DNA from: Candidatus Melainabacteria bacterium 17Bon1m
GTDB taxonomy: Bacteria > Cyanobacteriota > Vampirovibrionia > Obscuribacterales > Obscuribacteraceae
NCBI GenBank assembly: GCA_032128875.1
Contig: JAVLKG010000002.1
Location: 1,024,001-1,088,000, forward strand
Length of the DNA: 64,000 nt
Direction: 5' to 3'
Shown: positions 18,518 through 28,341 of the stretch, in pieces
Numbering within the stretch: the first letter of the stretch is position 1
How the letters are laid out: every line of letters begins with the position of its first letter
Notes under the pieces: model-generated
What the model saw: only the letters and a program-made list of their open reading frames with translations
Told to the model about the DNA's origin: nothing
Databases searched by the model: none
Position numbers and translations under genes: made by a program

Positions 18518-19723
18518 ATGAAACACGTTAAGCGCATTAGCGCTTTGTTTTTGTCTGCGTTTTTTGTCGTATCGATGCTGTACCAGCCCGCATCTGGTCA
18601 CAGATCGCAACCGGTGGAAATTTACCACCGCGCCTGGCAGCTCGTAAAAGACAACTACTACGACGCCAACATGTCCGGCAAGAACTGGGGCGACCTCGAA
18701 CACAAGTACGACGGTCAAATCCACACCAATGCTGACGCGTTCCGCTTCATCAAAGCGATGCTCGAAACGCTCAACGACCCGTACACCCGCTTCCTCGATC
18801 CTCGCGCATTCCAGGATGAGAACGACGCTATCGACGCACGCATCGTCGGCATCGGCGTCAATCTCCAACAAAAAGACCAACGCCTCGTCGTCACTCGCAC
18901 AATCGAAGGTGGACCCGCTGAAACAGCTGGTATGAGAGCGAAAGACGAAATCGTTGAAATCGACGGTTCAAATGCAGTAGGTATCACCCCTGAGCAAGCT
19001 GCTGAAAAAATCCGCGGCAAAGCCGGCACCCCTGTCACCATCAGCGTCAAGCGCCTTGATGACACAAAGAAATTCAACATCGTCAGACAAGAAATTGCTA
19101 TCCACGCAGTTTCCACCAAGTTCCTCGAAGGCGGCAAGATCGGGCAAATCACCCTGTCTACATTCATCTCCAACGACGCCTCGAAAGAATTCCGTGCAGC
19201 ACTGGCGAAGACAGCAAACTGCGAAGGCTTGATAGTCGACCTCAGAGACAACCCCGGCGGTTTACTTTCCAACGCCCTTGAAATTGCCGATATGCTCCTC
19301 GAAAAGGGAACTATCGTCAGCACTATCAGCCGTCACGGACGTCATGCAGACGTCGCTTCCGGAGACCCGGTAACCCGTCAACCGATCGTTGTTCTTGTTG
19401 ATGAAGAAAGCGCCAGCGCCAGTGAAATTTTGGCAGGTGCATTGAAAGACAACGGCAGAGCCGCTATCGTCGGTACCCGCACCTACGGCAAGGGGCTTGT
19501 TCAAGAAATCAACCGTTTGCCGGGCGGCGCAGCAATCCACATCACGGTTTCGCGCTACCTCACCCCAGATGGTTCTGATATCAACAAAATTGGTGTCAAA
19601 CCGACGATCGAGTGCAAGTCAGACAGAGACAGCCAAGAGCGCACTGCTATGAACGAACTCAAAGCCAAAATCGCAATGGCTAAAAAGCCGGTCAGAACCA
19701 GCAACCTCAGCTTCAGCAAGTAA
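18518..19723 (+). CDS. ctpA: S41 carboxyl-terminal processing protease (PDZ + catalytic domain)
   Basis: Signal peptide, DPYTRF, GIGV PDZ loop, DLRDNPGG, SASASEI, GKGLVQ. Confidence 0.93.
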   Translation: MKHVKRISALFLSAFFVVSMLYQPASGHRSQPVEIYHRAWQLVKDNYYDANMSGKNWGDLEHKYDGQIHTNADAFRFIKAMLETLNDPYTRFLDPRAFQDENDAIDARIVGIGVNLQQKDQRLVVTRTIEGGPAETAGMRAKDEIVEIDGSNAVGITPEQAAEKIRGKAGTPVTISVKRLDDTKKFNIVRQEIAIHAVSTKFLEGGKIGQITLSTFISNDASKEFRAALAKTANCEGLIVDLRDNPGGLLSNALEIADMLLEKGTIVSTISRHGRHADVASGDPVTRQPIVVLVDEESASASEILAGALKDNGRAAIVGTRTYGKGLVQEINRLPGGAAIHITVSRYLTPDGSDINKIGVKPTIECKSDRDSQERTAMNELKAKIAMAKKPVRTSNLSFSK

Positions 19724-19750
19724 TTCACCAAGTTTAGAAAGGATGGAACG

Positions 19751-20806
19751 ATGAGACCATCCAATAAAGTGCAACGGAACCGAAGAGCCAATTTGGCTCT
19801 TCTTTCCGCTTTTTTCTGTAGTGGTTTTATCGCGACACCCGGTTATACGTGGCAGAAAAACACACTGCTGATTGCTCAGCAGGGCGCGCCGCAACAGGCT
19901 CCCTATCAGACCCCATATCAGCCGCCGCCACCTCAGTATCAGAATGCACCCCCCATGCAATGGCAGGGACAAACTCCCCAGAGCGCTCCAGCAGCTCAAT
20001 GGAGTGCGCAGCCACCTTCGCAGAATGGACAGTGGGGACCGCCGCAAGGTTCGATGGGACAAGGGGCACCGATAGGACAGGGAGCGCCCATGGGACAAAT
20101 CGTGCCGTCTGGAGCTCCAAATTATTCGAACGGTAATCAGAGTGTGCAGCAACCGCCACCTCAATGGCAAGGTGCTCCTCAGCAAAATATGCAATCACCA
20201 CAAGGATTTGGTCTACAGTCTGGTTATCCTCAAAGCTCACCACCAGCTAATTTCGTAGCGCCCCCCGGCGGCAATACTGGGTATGGTGCGCCTCCTCAGT
20301 ATCAGCAATCACAAGAGCAAAATTGGAATTATCAAAACCAAAATCAGCAGAATATGCAGCCGAGCATGCAGCCAAATCTGCAAGGTCAAGCGCAGCAGTA
20401 TGGTAATTATGCGCCTCCGCAGGCTCAAAGCTCCGTGCCTTCGCCACCGGCAAACGAAGGCTATCCGAGCGTTGAAGAGCTGAATGAAACGTTTCAGCAA
20501 AATCCGGCAAAAAATGTTCAACAACCTTCCACTGCTGAAAAGGTCGGTACTGGATTGTTGAATATGGTCAAAAACTCGATGATGACGCCGTCTTATGGAA
20601 TGGGCGGTATGGGTATGAACGGGTATGGAATGGGCGGTTATCCCATGGGAGGCATGGGAATGCCGATGGGCGGCTATGGCATGCCTTACGGCGCTGCTCC
20701 AATGGGCTACCCGATGATGGGTTCTCCAAGCATGCTGGGAGCCCCAATGGGCGGCAGTATGATGAACAACATTTTGAATAATGGATTACGTAATCTGCGT
20801 TTTTGA
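19751..20806 (+). CDS. Exported Q/P/G/Y/M-rich low-complexity protein
   Basis: Basic n-region plus hydrophobic segment; prion-like composition; ends GLRNLRF. Confidence 0.75.
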   Translation: MRPSNKVQRNRRANLALLSAFFCSGFIATPGYTWQKNTLLIAQQGAPQQAPYQTPYQPPPPQYQNAPPMQWQGQTPQSAPAAQWSAQPPSQNGQWGPPQGSMGQGAPIGQGAPMGQIVPSGAPNYSNGNQSVQQPPPQWQGAPQQNMQSPQGFGLQSGYPQSSPPANFVAPPGGNTGYGAPPQYQQSQEQNWNYQNQNQQNMQPSMQPNLQGQAQQYGNYAPPQAQSSVPSPPANEGYPSVEELNETFQQNPAKNVQQPSTAEKVGTGLLNMVKNSMMTPSYGMGGMGMNGYGMGGYPMGGMGMPMGGYGMPYGAAPMGYPMMGSPSMLGAPMGGSMMNNILNNGLRNLRF

Positions 20807-20922
20807 GCTTTCTGCGTCCTGCTGAAAAACTCCTGAAAGCCGCAGGAATCCTGAAAAGGAACCTTGACAAGTGCTAAAATTAGGTATTAGATACGACTAC
20901 TTACTATATTTGGAGAAGAATC

Positions 20923-22029
20923 ATGATCAGGTCTAGGGATAGGTCTGCTTTCGGCGGCCGAATTCTTGCTGCTATTTCTTGCGGAGTTTTTATAGCTTCT
21001 CCGGTCTTCGCTCAGCAAGGTCTTTCAGACTGGCAGTCATCTGGGGCTTCTTCCACTCCTGATGCAAATTGGAGTTCGACTCCACCAGGAAGTTACTTGC
21101 AGCAGTCCAAAGCTCCCGCAAAGAAATCGACTTCGTCTTCCAAAAATTCTGCTCCTCCACTTAGAACCGACGACTTCTCCAGTGACTTCTCCTCAAAAGG
21201 GCAAGGCTTGTCCGGTTGGCAAGGCGGCAGTAGTGGTGGATCAAGTTCGGGAAGTGCCGGGGGACAAGGGTTGTCCGGCTGGCAGGGCGGCAGTGGTGGT
21301 GGATCAAATTCCGGAAATGTCGGTGGACAGGGGTTGTCCGGTTGGCAGGGCGGCAGTGGTGGTGGAAGTTCCGGAAGTGGTGGACAGAGCCTGTCCGGTT
21401 GGCAAGGCGGTAGCGGCGGCTCGAGTTCCGGAAATGGCGGACAAAGTTTATCTGGCTGGCAAGGCAGTGGAGCCGATATGGGTGGCGGTGCTACTCTCGG
21501 CGATGTTTTGCAACAAGAGCAGTCGATGGGCGGCGCGAACACCCAACTTCAGGGTGGGGTTGAACGCGACCGCATGGTCAATAATGGTGCCAACACTATG
21601 GGTGGTGGCATGGGTGCCGACCCGAATGCAATGGGCGGCAACCAGATGAACAACATGGGTGGCGGTATGCCTAATCCGATGGGCGGTATGGGTGGCGGCA
21701 TGGCCACTCCGAACCCAATGGGCGCCATGGGCGGCATGGGCGGCATGGGCGGTGCGCTCGGTGGCATGGGTGGCGCAGGCGGTCTCATGGATGTTCTTAT
21801 GAACATCATGCCCAAGCATAATGCCCCAGGTACTGTCGGAGCGACCGGAGCCCCTGGTACCAATCAAACGTTCTTCCGCACTAAGTCGCGTAGTCCGAAC
21901 ATGCTGACCGGTGTACCGAAGACCATCAACAGGTCAGTCAACCGCGCCTTGAATCGCAACCTCAATAGAGGCATCAATACTGCTGCAGCACGCGCAACAG
22001 GCTCAGCTCTTCGACATCTGCGTTTCTAA
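20923..22029 (+). CDS. Exported Gly/Ser/Met-rich repeat protein
   Basis: GGAG RBS; signal peptide ending VFA; GQxLSGWQG repeats; ends ALRHLRF. Confidence 0.78.
   Translation: MIRSRDRSAFGGRILAAISCGVFIASPVFAQQGLSDWQSSGASSTPDANWSSTPPGSYLQQSKAPAKKSTSSSKNSAPPLRTDDFSSDFSSKGQGLSGWQGGSSGGSSSGSAGGQGLSGWQGGSGGGSNSGNVGGQGLSGWQGGSGGGSSGSGGQSLSGWQGGSGGSSSGNGGQSLSGWQGSGADMGGGATLGDVLQQEQSMGGANTQLQGGVERDRMVNNGANTMGGGMGADPNAMGGNQMNNMGGGMPNPMGGMGGGMATPNPMGAMGGMGGMGGALGGMGGAGGLMDVLMNIMPKHNAPGTVGATGAPGTNQTFFRTKSRSPNMLTGVPKTINRSVNRALNRNLNRGINTAAARATGSALRHLRF
21199..21470 (+). repeat. Five tandem coding repeats (57-63 bp units) encoding GQ[GS]LSGWQG-(G/S)n
   Basis: Direct DNA repeats of the form gg(a/g)ca(a/g)...tc(c/t)gg(t/c)tggca(a/g)ggc. 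Confidence 0.85.
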
Positions 22030-22132
22030 ACCACAGTTGAAATCAGCAACGACGAACGAGTCTACTCTCGTCTCTATTTGCTGTTTACTGCTATTTTTCT
22101 AGTGCGAGTAGATCTGTAGTGCGAGCGAATGT

Positions 22133-23320
22133 CTAGTGCTTAAGCGGTTCTTTGCCAATTGACTTTCTAATCATGTTGGCGATCTGATAGATCGAATCCA
22201 TCGTGTCGTTAAAATCCGCTGTGTGCTTTGCACGCAAGGAATTCGGCAATAGCAAAAGAGCATCGCCAAATTTGCCTTGGAAAATGTAGATGGTGATTAG
22301 CTTGTCTATCAGCAAATTTTCGAGTCGCATTTCACGCGAGCTCAAACTCTCGATCATGCGAAGTCCACGTTTTACGTAAGGTTCGGCTTCAGCGAACTGA
22401 TAGTCTTTCAGATAAGTCAGGCCCAAACCAAGAACTGAGTCCAATTTGAATACAGTGTCCTCCGGATAGGCACGATCGCAAATATCCAGAGCTTCGCTAT
22501 AAAGTTTGGTGGCTTCTTCCGAACCTCGCAAAATAAGGGCGCAAGCGGCCAGCCTATTAAGCACGGAAATCCTGGCTGGGTGCTCTTCTGGAAGGGCCGG
22601 AGCCAAGATGTCTCTGACTCTGCGCCAGTTTTTCTCAGCCTCTATTGGTCTCTTTCTTTCAAACTGTTGTTCTGCTAGCAGGTCGAGAGAAACTCCAACT
22701 TCTGGATGGTCTTTCCCTAAATGTCTTTGCAGGATGTCTACCGACTCATTCAGCAATGGCTCTGAGAGCGAGACTTTACCTTCTTTCTGGCGAAGGATCG
22801 CCGTATGCCTGAGCGAAATTGCATAGTCTTTGTGCATTTTGCCGGGCTTTCTACGTCTGATTCCCATAGATTTGACGAGGCTCTTTTCGGCTTCTTTGGG
22901 ATGACCGCAGCTCAAATGCACCAGACCCAGGTCATCATAAGCATCAGCAGCTTCTGGACTATCAACTCCGCAAGCCTGGCAACGCAGTTTGGTAGCTTCT
23001 TCGACCAGTGCTTCTGCCTCATTAGTGTCGCCGTTGGCAGCAAGAGATAATGCGAGTGCCGACATAGCTTCTGCTGTCTTTTCGTTGTTTTCCCCAAAGA
23101 CTTTCTTCGAGATCTCGACGGATGTCCTCAAGTAATCAATTGCTTTTTCGATATTGTGGAGCCTGTCTTGCAGTCGTCCAAGCTTAAGCAGCGTCAGTGC
23201 GCGCTCCGCGGAATTTTCAGGCAAACCGGAAAGCACCCGAGAGCATTCGGCGGCAGCTTCCTGGTATTTCCCCTGGGCATACAGGTCATCCACTTTAGAA
23301 AGTTGCTCACTCTTTGCCAT
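22133..23320 (-). CDS. Tetratricopeptide-repeat protein (kinesin light chain-like repeats)
   Basis: Repeated G.DHPEV..SL..LA-type TPR units. Confidence 0.85.
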   Translation of the reverse strand: MAKSEQLSKVDDLYAQGKYQEAAAECSRVLSGLPENSAERALTLLKLGRLQDRLHNIEKAIDYLRTSVEISKKVFGENNEKTAEAMSALALSLAANGDTNEAEALVEEATKLRCQACGVDSPEAADAYDDLGLVHLSCGHPKEAEKSLVKSMGIRRRKPGKMHKDYAISLRHTAILRQKEGKVSLSEPLLNESVDILQRHLGKDHPEVGVSLDLLAEQQFERKRPIEAEKNWRRVRDILAPALPEEHPARISVLNRLAACALILRGSEEATKLYSEALDICDRAYPEDTVFKLDSVLGLGLTYLKDYQFAEAEPYVKRGLRMIESLSSREMRLENLLIDKLITIYIFQGKFGDALLLLPNSLRAKHTADFNDTMDSIYQIANMIRKSIGKEPLKH

Positions 23321-23323
23321 CTA

Positions 23324-24241
23324 TCAAGGCTCCTCATCTGGGGCTGGGGTGCCCCCGTCCGTGAGGGCTACACTACTACTTGCCACATTACCAGACAAAT
23401 CCCCTCTTCCGCTTGCCGTTACCTGGGTGCCAATTTTGAGCCTTATCGCGCAGGGGAGTTTGTTTGCGAAGCTGACCTTTTGCGTTTGCGGTTGTATTTT
23501 AGATTGACTGACGAATTTTTCGTCTGACAGCAATCGTGCACCAGATATGGTGCGCTTTACGGGAGCCGGCAGGGCAGTAAGTTTGAAATGCAGATCATCA
23601 TCCGGTGAAGGAAGAGTCGCATCGATATTGCCTCTGTATAGTCTGCTCTGTCGATTGACCCTGTCGGCTTGAAGGTCCAAGGTTTTTAACTCTTCAAAAC
23701 CTTCCGGCACGGCAACGTTTGAATCCAAATCTTTCAATGTTCCAAATTCGCACTCTGCGATAGTTGGGGTGGCAGTCTTCAACCAGGCTAAATTGAGAGA
23801 ACGCTTTTCCGAAAGCAACTTCGCGTCATCTTTAAGGACTTCAGATAACTCGCCTTCTATCGCTTTTTCTATCGTTGCTCTCTCTTCATCTACCAAAGTT
23901 GCGCCCCGCCTGGACTCTTCAACTGTTTGTCTTGCAAGAGGTTCTAAGAACTTGTATCTTCCGTTTAAGTCCGAGTATGTTTTTCTTGATGAGAAAACCA
24001 GCTCTCGTGAGCGTTCTACTAAGATGTTGGCTCTACCTTGCCGATCGTCTGCATTTAAGACTTTCGCTGCGCCCAGAGCGAGTTCATCAGCAGCATTCTT
24101 ACCATGACTGCTCGAAGAAAAAAGCAACATTAAGCCGACGCCTACTAGCGCTACCACTATCACAATTCCTACTACCATTGCGACCATGACCAGCATGTTG
24201 CCGTGTCCGGAGCGGATGTGACGACGTTTATAATTGCGCAT
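23324..24241 (-). CDS. TadG/TadE-like pseudopilin
   Basis: Basic leader RRHIRSGHG, hydrophobic helix, then AADELALGAA. Confidence 0.6.
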   Translation of the reverse strand: MRNYKRRHIRSGHGNMLVMVAMVVGIVIVVALVGVGLMLLFSSSSHGKNAADELALGAAKVLNADDRQGRANILVERSRELVFSSRKTYSDLNGRYKFLEPLARQTVEESRRGATLVDEERATIEKAIEGELSEVLKDDAKLLSEKRSLNLAWLKTATPTIAECEFGTLKDLDSNVAVPEGFEELKTLDLQADRVNRQSRLYRGNIDATLPSPDDDLHFKLTALPAPVKRTISGARLLSDEKFVSQSKIQPQTQKVSFANKLPCAIRLKIGTQVTASGRGDLSGNVASSSVALTDGGTPAPDEEP

Positions 24242-24253
24242 CAGAATAGATTA

Positions 24254-25612
24254 CTACTGGCAGGCGGCATAAGCATCAGGTATGCCATAAGCGAAGTTTT
24301 TGAAGGAATATTTTTTGAATGATTTCCATGATGTGTTGACCATTCTGTTGAGCGTTTGCACCCCTGTTTCGCCCGGATGCGCGCTTGCAACCAGTGCTGC
24401 CACGCCGGCTGTGATTGGTGCAGAAAAAGATGTTCCGCTGATGTGTACTGGATAACCGTACCTGTCTGAGCATTGAACAAGAACACCAGGAGCAGCAAAC
24501 CAGACTGAAGAGCCGGTGTTGGAAAACTTCGCTATTTTGAGATTGTAGTCCACCGCAGAAATGCAAATAAGGTTTGGCCGAAGTGGGTCTTTGCACTTCT
24601 TCTTCTCGTTACCGACAGCATTGAAGAAGATGCCACCGGCAGCATTGTATTCATTGAGCGCGACGTGCAAGCCCTGGTGTAAGGAAGCATTGGAGAATGA
24701 ATAAGGCGGAATTGCGTTAAAACTGCAGCTTGCGATCTTAATGCCTTTCGATATCAGGTCTCCAATAGCAGCAATGAGATACTCATCGTCCGTATATCCT
24801 TCATCATCGCTGATGATGATTGGATAGATTTGCGATCTGTAAGCGGGAGATGCGCTATTCAAAGAGTTATTCGCAGCGGCTGCGGCAGTGGTGGCGCATG
24901 CGGTACCATGGCCTAACGAGCCAGGATCAGTATCATGATTTCCAGGTCCGCTTCCTGTAAAAGCATTAAATCCGGTGAGCAATCTTCCGTTAAGCTCAGG
25001 TACCGGATTCACACCTGTATCAAGTATTGCAATGGTAACCCCCTGCCCATCTGTGCTGGAGCACCAACCGTATGGGACATTCAACATGAATAGCTCGTAC
25101 TGGCTAGGAAATCCGGGATCGTTGACCAGGTCGCATTGCTCTTTTTTGTAAGTGTGATTGCGCTGAACAAGGGAAAAGTGCTCGCCATCCTTGACCATAT
25201 TTTTGTAAGTCTCTTCGAGCTTTCCCTTCTCTGTTTTGACGACGAGGAATTCCTGTGTACCGACCTTAATTCTTCGTGTGACGGTACCTTTTACTTCCTG
25301 AAGCGCATCAGTAAGGTCTTCCTTGGTCGATCTAGGGTTGGCGATGACGATTAATGTGTCTTCGCGCCAACCGCCGTCTCCCTTGGGCGGCATTTGCTTA
25401 AACGTGAGAGGGTAGCTCGATTCCGGCTTTACTGAGGTGTCAGCAATCGATGCTGTCCAGAATCCGGAAGTGCCAAAGGCAGCAACAAATAAACCCAGCA
25501 ACCCTGTGGTTGCCAACATTTTCGGCTGTTTTTGCTTCTTCAATTGAGTTTCAAACCTCTGGACGCGGGGGAAACGGCAGCGTCTTATATTAGAATGCCC
25601 AATACTTTCCAA
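24254..25612 (-). CDS. Secreted S8 (subtilisin-like) serine peptidase; start uncertain
   Basis: Catalytic motifs ILDTGV, HGTACA, GTSFSAP; N-terminal prodomain. Confidence 0.9.
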   Translation of the reverse strand: MESIGHSNIRRCRFPRVQRFETQLKKQKQPKMLATTGLLGLFVAAFGTSGFWTASIADTSVKPESSYPLTFKQMPPKGDGGWREDTLIVIANPRSTKEDLTDALQEVKGTVTRRIKVGTQEFLVVKTEKGKLEETYKNMVKDGEHFSLVQRNHTYKKEQCDLVNDPGFPSQYELFMLNVPYGWCSSTDGQGVTIAILDTGVNPVPELNGRLLTGFNAFTGSGPGNHDTDPGSLGHGTACATTAAAAANNSLNSASPAYRSQIYPIIISDDEGYTDDEYLIAAIGDLISKGIKIASCSFNAIPPYSFSNASLHQGLHVALNEYNAAGGIFFNAVGNEKKKCKDPLRPNLICISAVDYNLKIAKFSNTGSSVWFAAPGVLVQCSDRYGYPVHISGTSFSAPITAGVAALVASAHPGETGVQTLNRMVNTSWKSFKKYSFKNFAYGIPDAYAACQ

Positions 25613-25764
25613 GTATATACATTCGACCGGACCAGCCGCCAGTTTTACGGCGAGAATTTATCATTCACTCTTTCAGGGTAGATTCTCCGGTAAGCTGATG
25701 TGACAACCTGTTTTTTCCAAATCCTGTGGACGGTTCGAAATGCCACTATATATGGTGACATAAG

Positions 25765-26421
25765 ATGGATAAATTGAAACTAAAAACGGGCGAAAGTTTT
25801 ATCGCAAAGATGCTTTTTTCATCTCTGCTTGTTTCGTTGTTCATTGTCTTTCCCTCTGCAGTTTCTGCTGACGACGATGACGAAATCGACACGGAGATCG
25901 ACTGGGAAGGCCGATTCACGCAAGTTGTTGATATAAAAACAGAACCACTTGCAAATTACCTTCGCAAAGATAAGAACGAATTCGATAACTTGGTCTTGGC
26001 GCGCGTCAACAGTCAGTCGCCTAAAGAAAAGAATTCCAAAAAATACGAAGTAATCTGGTATAGAAAAGGCGATCCTATTGGGGTGCGCCGTCTGAATGGG
26101 CTCGCATTTCAAGCTCCACAAAGAATTGCATTGCATGTTCTTCATTCATCGTTGCCGGCTAGTGACGATGATGTAAAGTCGGCAGCAAACGCTTGTTTGC
26201 GATTGTATCTTGAACTCTATGCCAAGACGATGTCTCCCAGTGCAATTGTTGTACCGAAGCAATCGTTCAATTCTTTTGTGCAGCGCATGAACCAGTTGAA
26301 TTTCTATTCTGCCGAAGAGCCAGAACCGAATACTCCAGTCCGTACATCAATCATTCTTACAGTCGAATCAGAACCGCCCGGATTGAGGCAGTTGCTTTTC
26401 TATTCAGGAAGTGGACTCTAA
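25765..26421 (+). CDS. Hypothetical exported protein
   Basis: Signal peptide ending AVSA; 218-aa ORF. Confidence 0.65.
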   Translation: MDKLKLKTGESFIAKMLFSSLLVSLFIVFPSAVSADDDDEIDTEIDWEGRFTQVVDIKTEPLANYLRKDKNEFDNLVLARVNSQSPKEKNSKKYEVIWYRKGDPIGVRRLNGLAFQAPQRIALHVLHSSLPASDDDVKSAANACLRLYLELYAKTMSPSAIVVPKQSFNSFVQRMNQLNFYSAEEPEPNTPVRTSIILTVESEPPGLRQLLFYSGSGL

Positions 26422-26434
26422 GGATTGCTTGAGC

Positions 26435-28165
26435 TTACGCGCTGTGCAATCTACGAGTCGGGCAGACTTCTTCCAGAACTGTCTGGATATTTTGCAGCAA
26501 TCCACCAAGTCCGGTGCGCATCACTGCTGATACCATGACCGGGTTTGGAACTTGAGCAGCAAGCCACTCCAAATCTTCTTTGCGTGCCTTATCGGTTTTG
26601 TTCAAAACAGTGATGATAGGCTTATCAACAGCACCCAGTTCGCTAAGAACATCGTATACCGAGCTCATATGTTCCATCACATTCGGGTGGCTTGCATCAA
26701 CAACATGCAAGAGAACATCTGCAACGGCGACTTCTTCAAGTGTTGCTCTAAATGCAGCAATCAAAGACGTCGGTAGTTTCTTGATGAATCCGACTGTGTC
26801 TGTGAGCAAAACCGGTGAGTGGTCAGGCAAGGTCGTTCTTCTTGTTGCTGGGTCCAACGTTGCGAAGAGTTTGTCTTCTACAACCATGTCCGACTTTGCA
26901 AGAGCGTTTAGCAGAGTGGATTTGCCTGAGTTCGTATATCCTGTCAATGCAACCACCGGCAGATTTTCATCTGTGCGTTTGCGTCTTTGTGTATCGCGAT
27001 AGTTTTTGATGCGCTGTGTTTCGCGTTCTAAAAACGTAATGCGATCGCGATTGCGACGTCTGTCGACTTCGAGTTTGGTTTCACCAGGACCTCTTGTGCC
27101 GATGCCGCCGCCCAGCCTACTGAGTGCCGTACCTTTTCCGACCAGTCGGGGGAAAAGATATTTGAGCTGAGCGAGTTCGACTTGCAGCTTACCTTCTTTA
27201 GTTTGCGCGCGTTGCGCAAAGATATCTAAGATAAGCTCAGTGCGGTCGATAACCTTCACTGCAACGATCTCTTCCAAGTTTTGCTGCTGGTTGGCAGAAA
27301 GCTCTTTATCGACGATGACAATGTTAGCTCCCATCTCCTGAACCAAGAGTGCCAGCTCTTGCACTTTTCCGGACCCTAAGAAGTATTTGGGATCAGGTTG
27401 CGAACGTGATTGAGTCAAACGTCCACAAACGGTTGCGCCGGCGGTTTTTGCCAGCAAAGACATCTCATCAAGATCGTCGTCAACTTGAAAGCCGTTTTGA
27501 CCCTCTGAAATCAAACCGACAAGGATTGCACGCTCCTCACCTTTTGCGACTTGCAGTCCAGGCGCTTCACGTCTGAATTCATTTTCTAAAGCTTGAATAA
27601 GCTCTTCAAAATCTTCTTCCTGAGCGCGTCTTGCAGTCATGGGCGGAAATAGCTTCCAAAGCTGACCTTCAGAATCTCGCCCTGGAAGTATGTGTGCTAC
27701 ATATACGACGTCGGCAAATCTCGTCTGCTCACCCTTGGAGCGGCTGAAATCGCCGTCTGTGTTGACTGAAATTTGAGCAATTGCATCAAGACGGTTCTTG
27801 AGCAAGCACTGCAGATCTTCTTTTCTGAAAGACAGCTTGTTGGCCGGCGCCGTCTTGCTGCTATCAAGGTTGGTATGAATGATTCTGTGACCGCAGAGCC
27901 TTCCAGGACCGACTCTTACGCCCCTCAGCTCTGGCATATTCACTTCGGAGGGATGTCCGAGAGTGACATTAACTACCTGTCCACGCCTGTTAACGACAAC
28001 TGAAACTGGGTGCCCGGTGGAATGGGATACTTCGGCGACGCTCTCAGCCAGGTCGATAGTTAGCAACTTACCGGCTGGAATTCTTTGCTGAAGAATGCGA
28101 TTAAGCTGTTTAATCTCAGACTTCTTCAGTCCTTTAGCTTTACCAAGATCAAGTTTTCCGTGCAA
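26435..28165 (-). CDS. hflX: GTPase HflX, long form with an extended N-terminus
   Basis: LILDIFAQRA, GIGTRGPGETKLEVDRR, GYTNSGKS, DTVGF, NKTD. Confidence 0.95.
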   Translation of the reverse strand: MHGKLDLGKAKGLKKSEIKQLNRILQQRIPAGKLLTIDLAESVAEVSHSTGHPVSVVVNRRGQVVNVTLGHPSEVNMPELRGVRVGPGRLCGHRIIHTNLDSSKTAPANKLSFRKEDLQCLLKNRLDAIAQISVNTDGDFSRSKGEQTRFADVVYVAHILPGRDSEGQLWKLFPPMTARRAQEEDFEELIQALENEFRREAPGLQVAKGEERAILVGLISEGQNGFQVDDDLDEMSLLAKTAGATVCGRLTQSRSQPDPKYFLGSGKVQELALLVQEMGANIVIVDKELSANQQQNLEEIVAVKVIDRTELILDIFAQRAQTKEGKLQVELAQLKYLFPRLVGKGTALSRLGGGIGTRGPGETKLEVDRRRNRDRITFLERETQRIKNYRDTQRRKRTDENLPVVALTGYTNSGKSTLLNALAKSDMVVEDKLFATLDPATRRTTLPDHSPVLLTDTVGFIKKLPTSLIAAFRATLEEVAVADVLLHVVDASHPNVMEHMSSVYDVLSELGAVDKPIITVLNKTDKARKEDLEWLAAQVPNPVMVSAVMRTGLGGLLQNIQTVLEEVCPTRRLHSA

Positions 28166-28341
28166 TCAGATACGCCCTCCTGATGGCCCGCCGGTTGTTT
28201 GTTGATGGGAATTCTGCAAAAGCTTACGCCACGTAGTAAGTCTCACACCCGAATCATACCCGCTCAGTGGCAGATATTCACGGATATTTAATCTGATAAT
28301 GTCCGGCAAAACCGGCTAAATATGAGGATGCAACCTCATGA

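Noticed and set aside
21199-21470. Possible CRISPR-like repeat-spacer pattern
   Set aside because: The repeats are in frame, vary at synonymous positions, and the spacers resemble each other.
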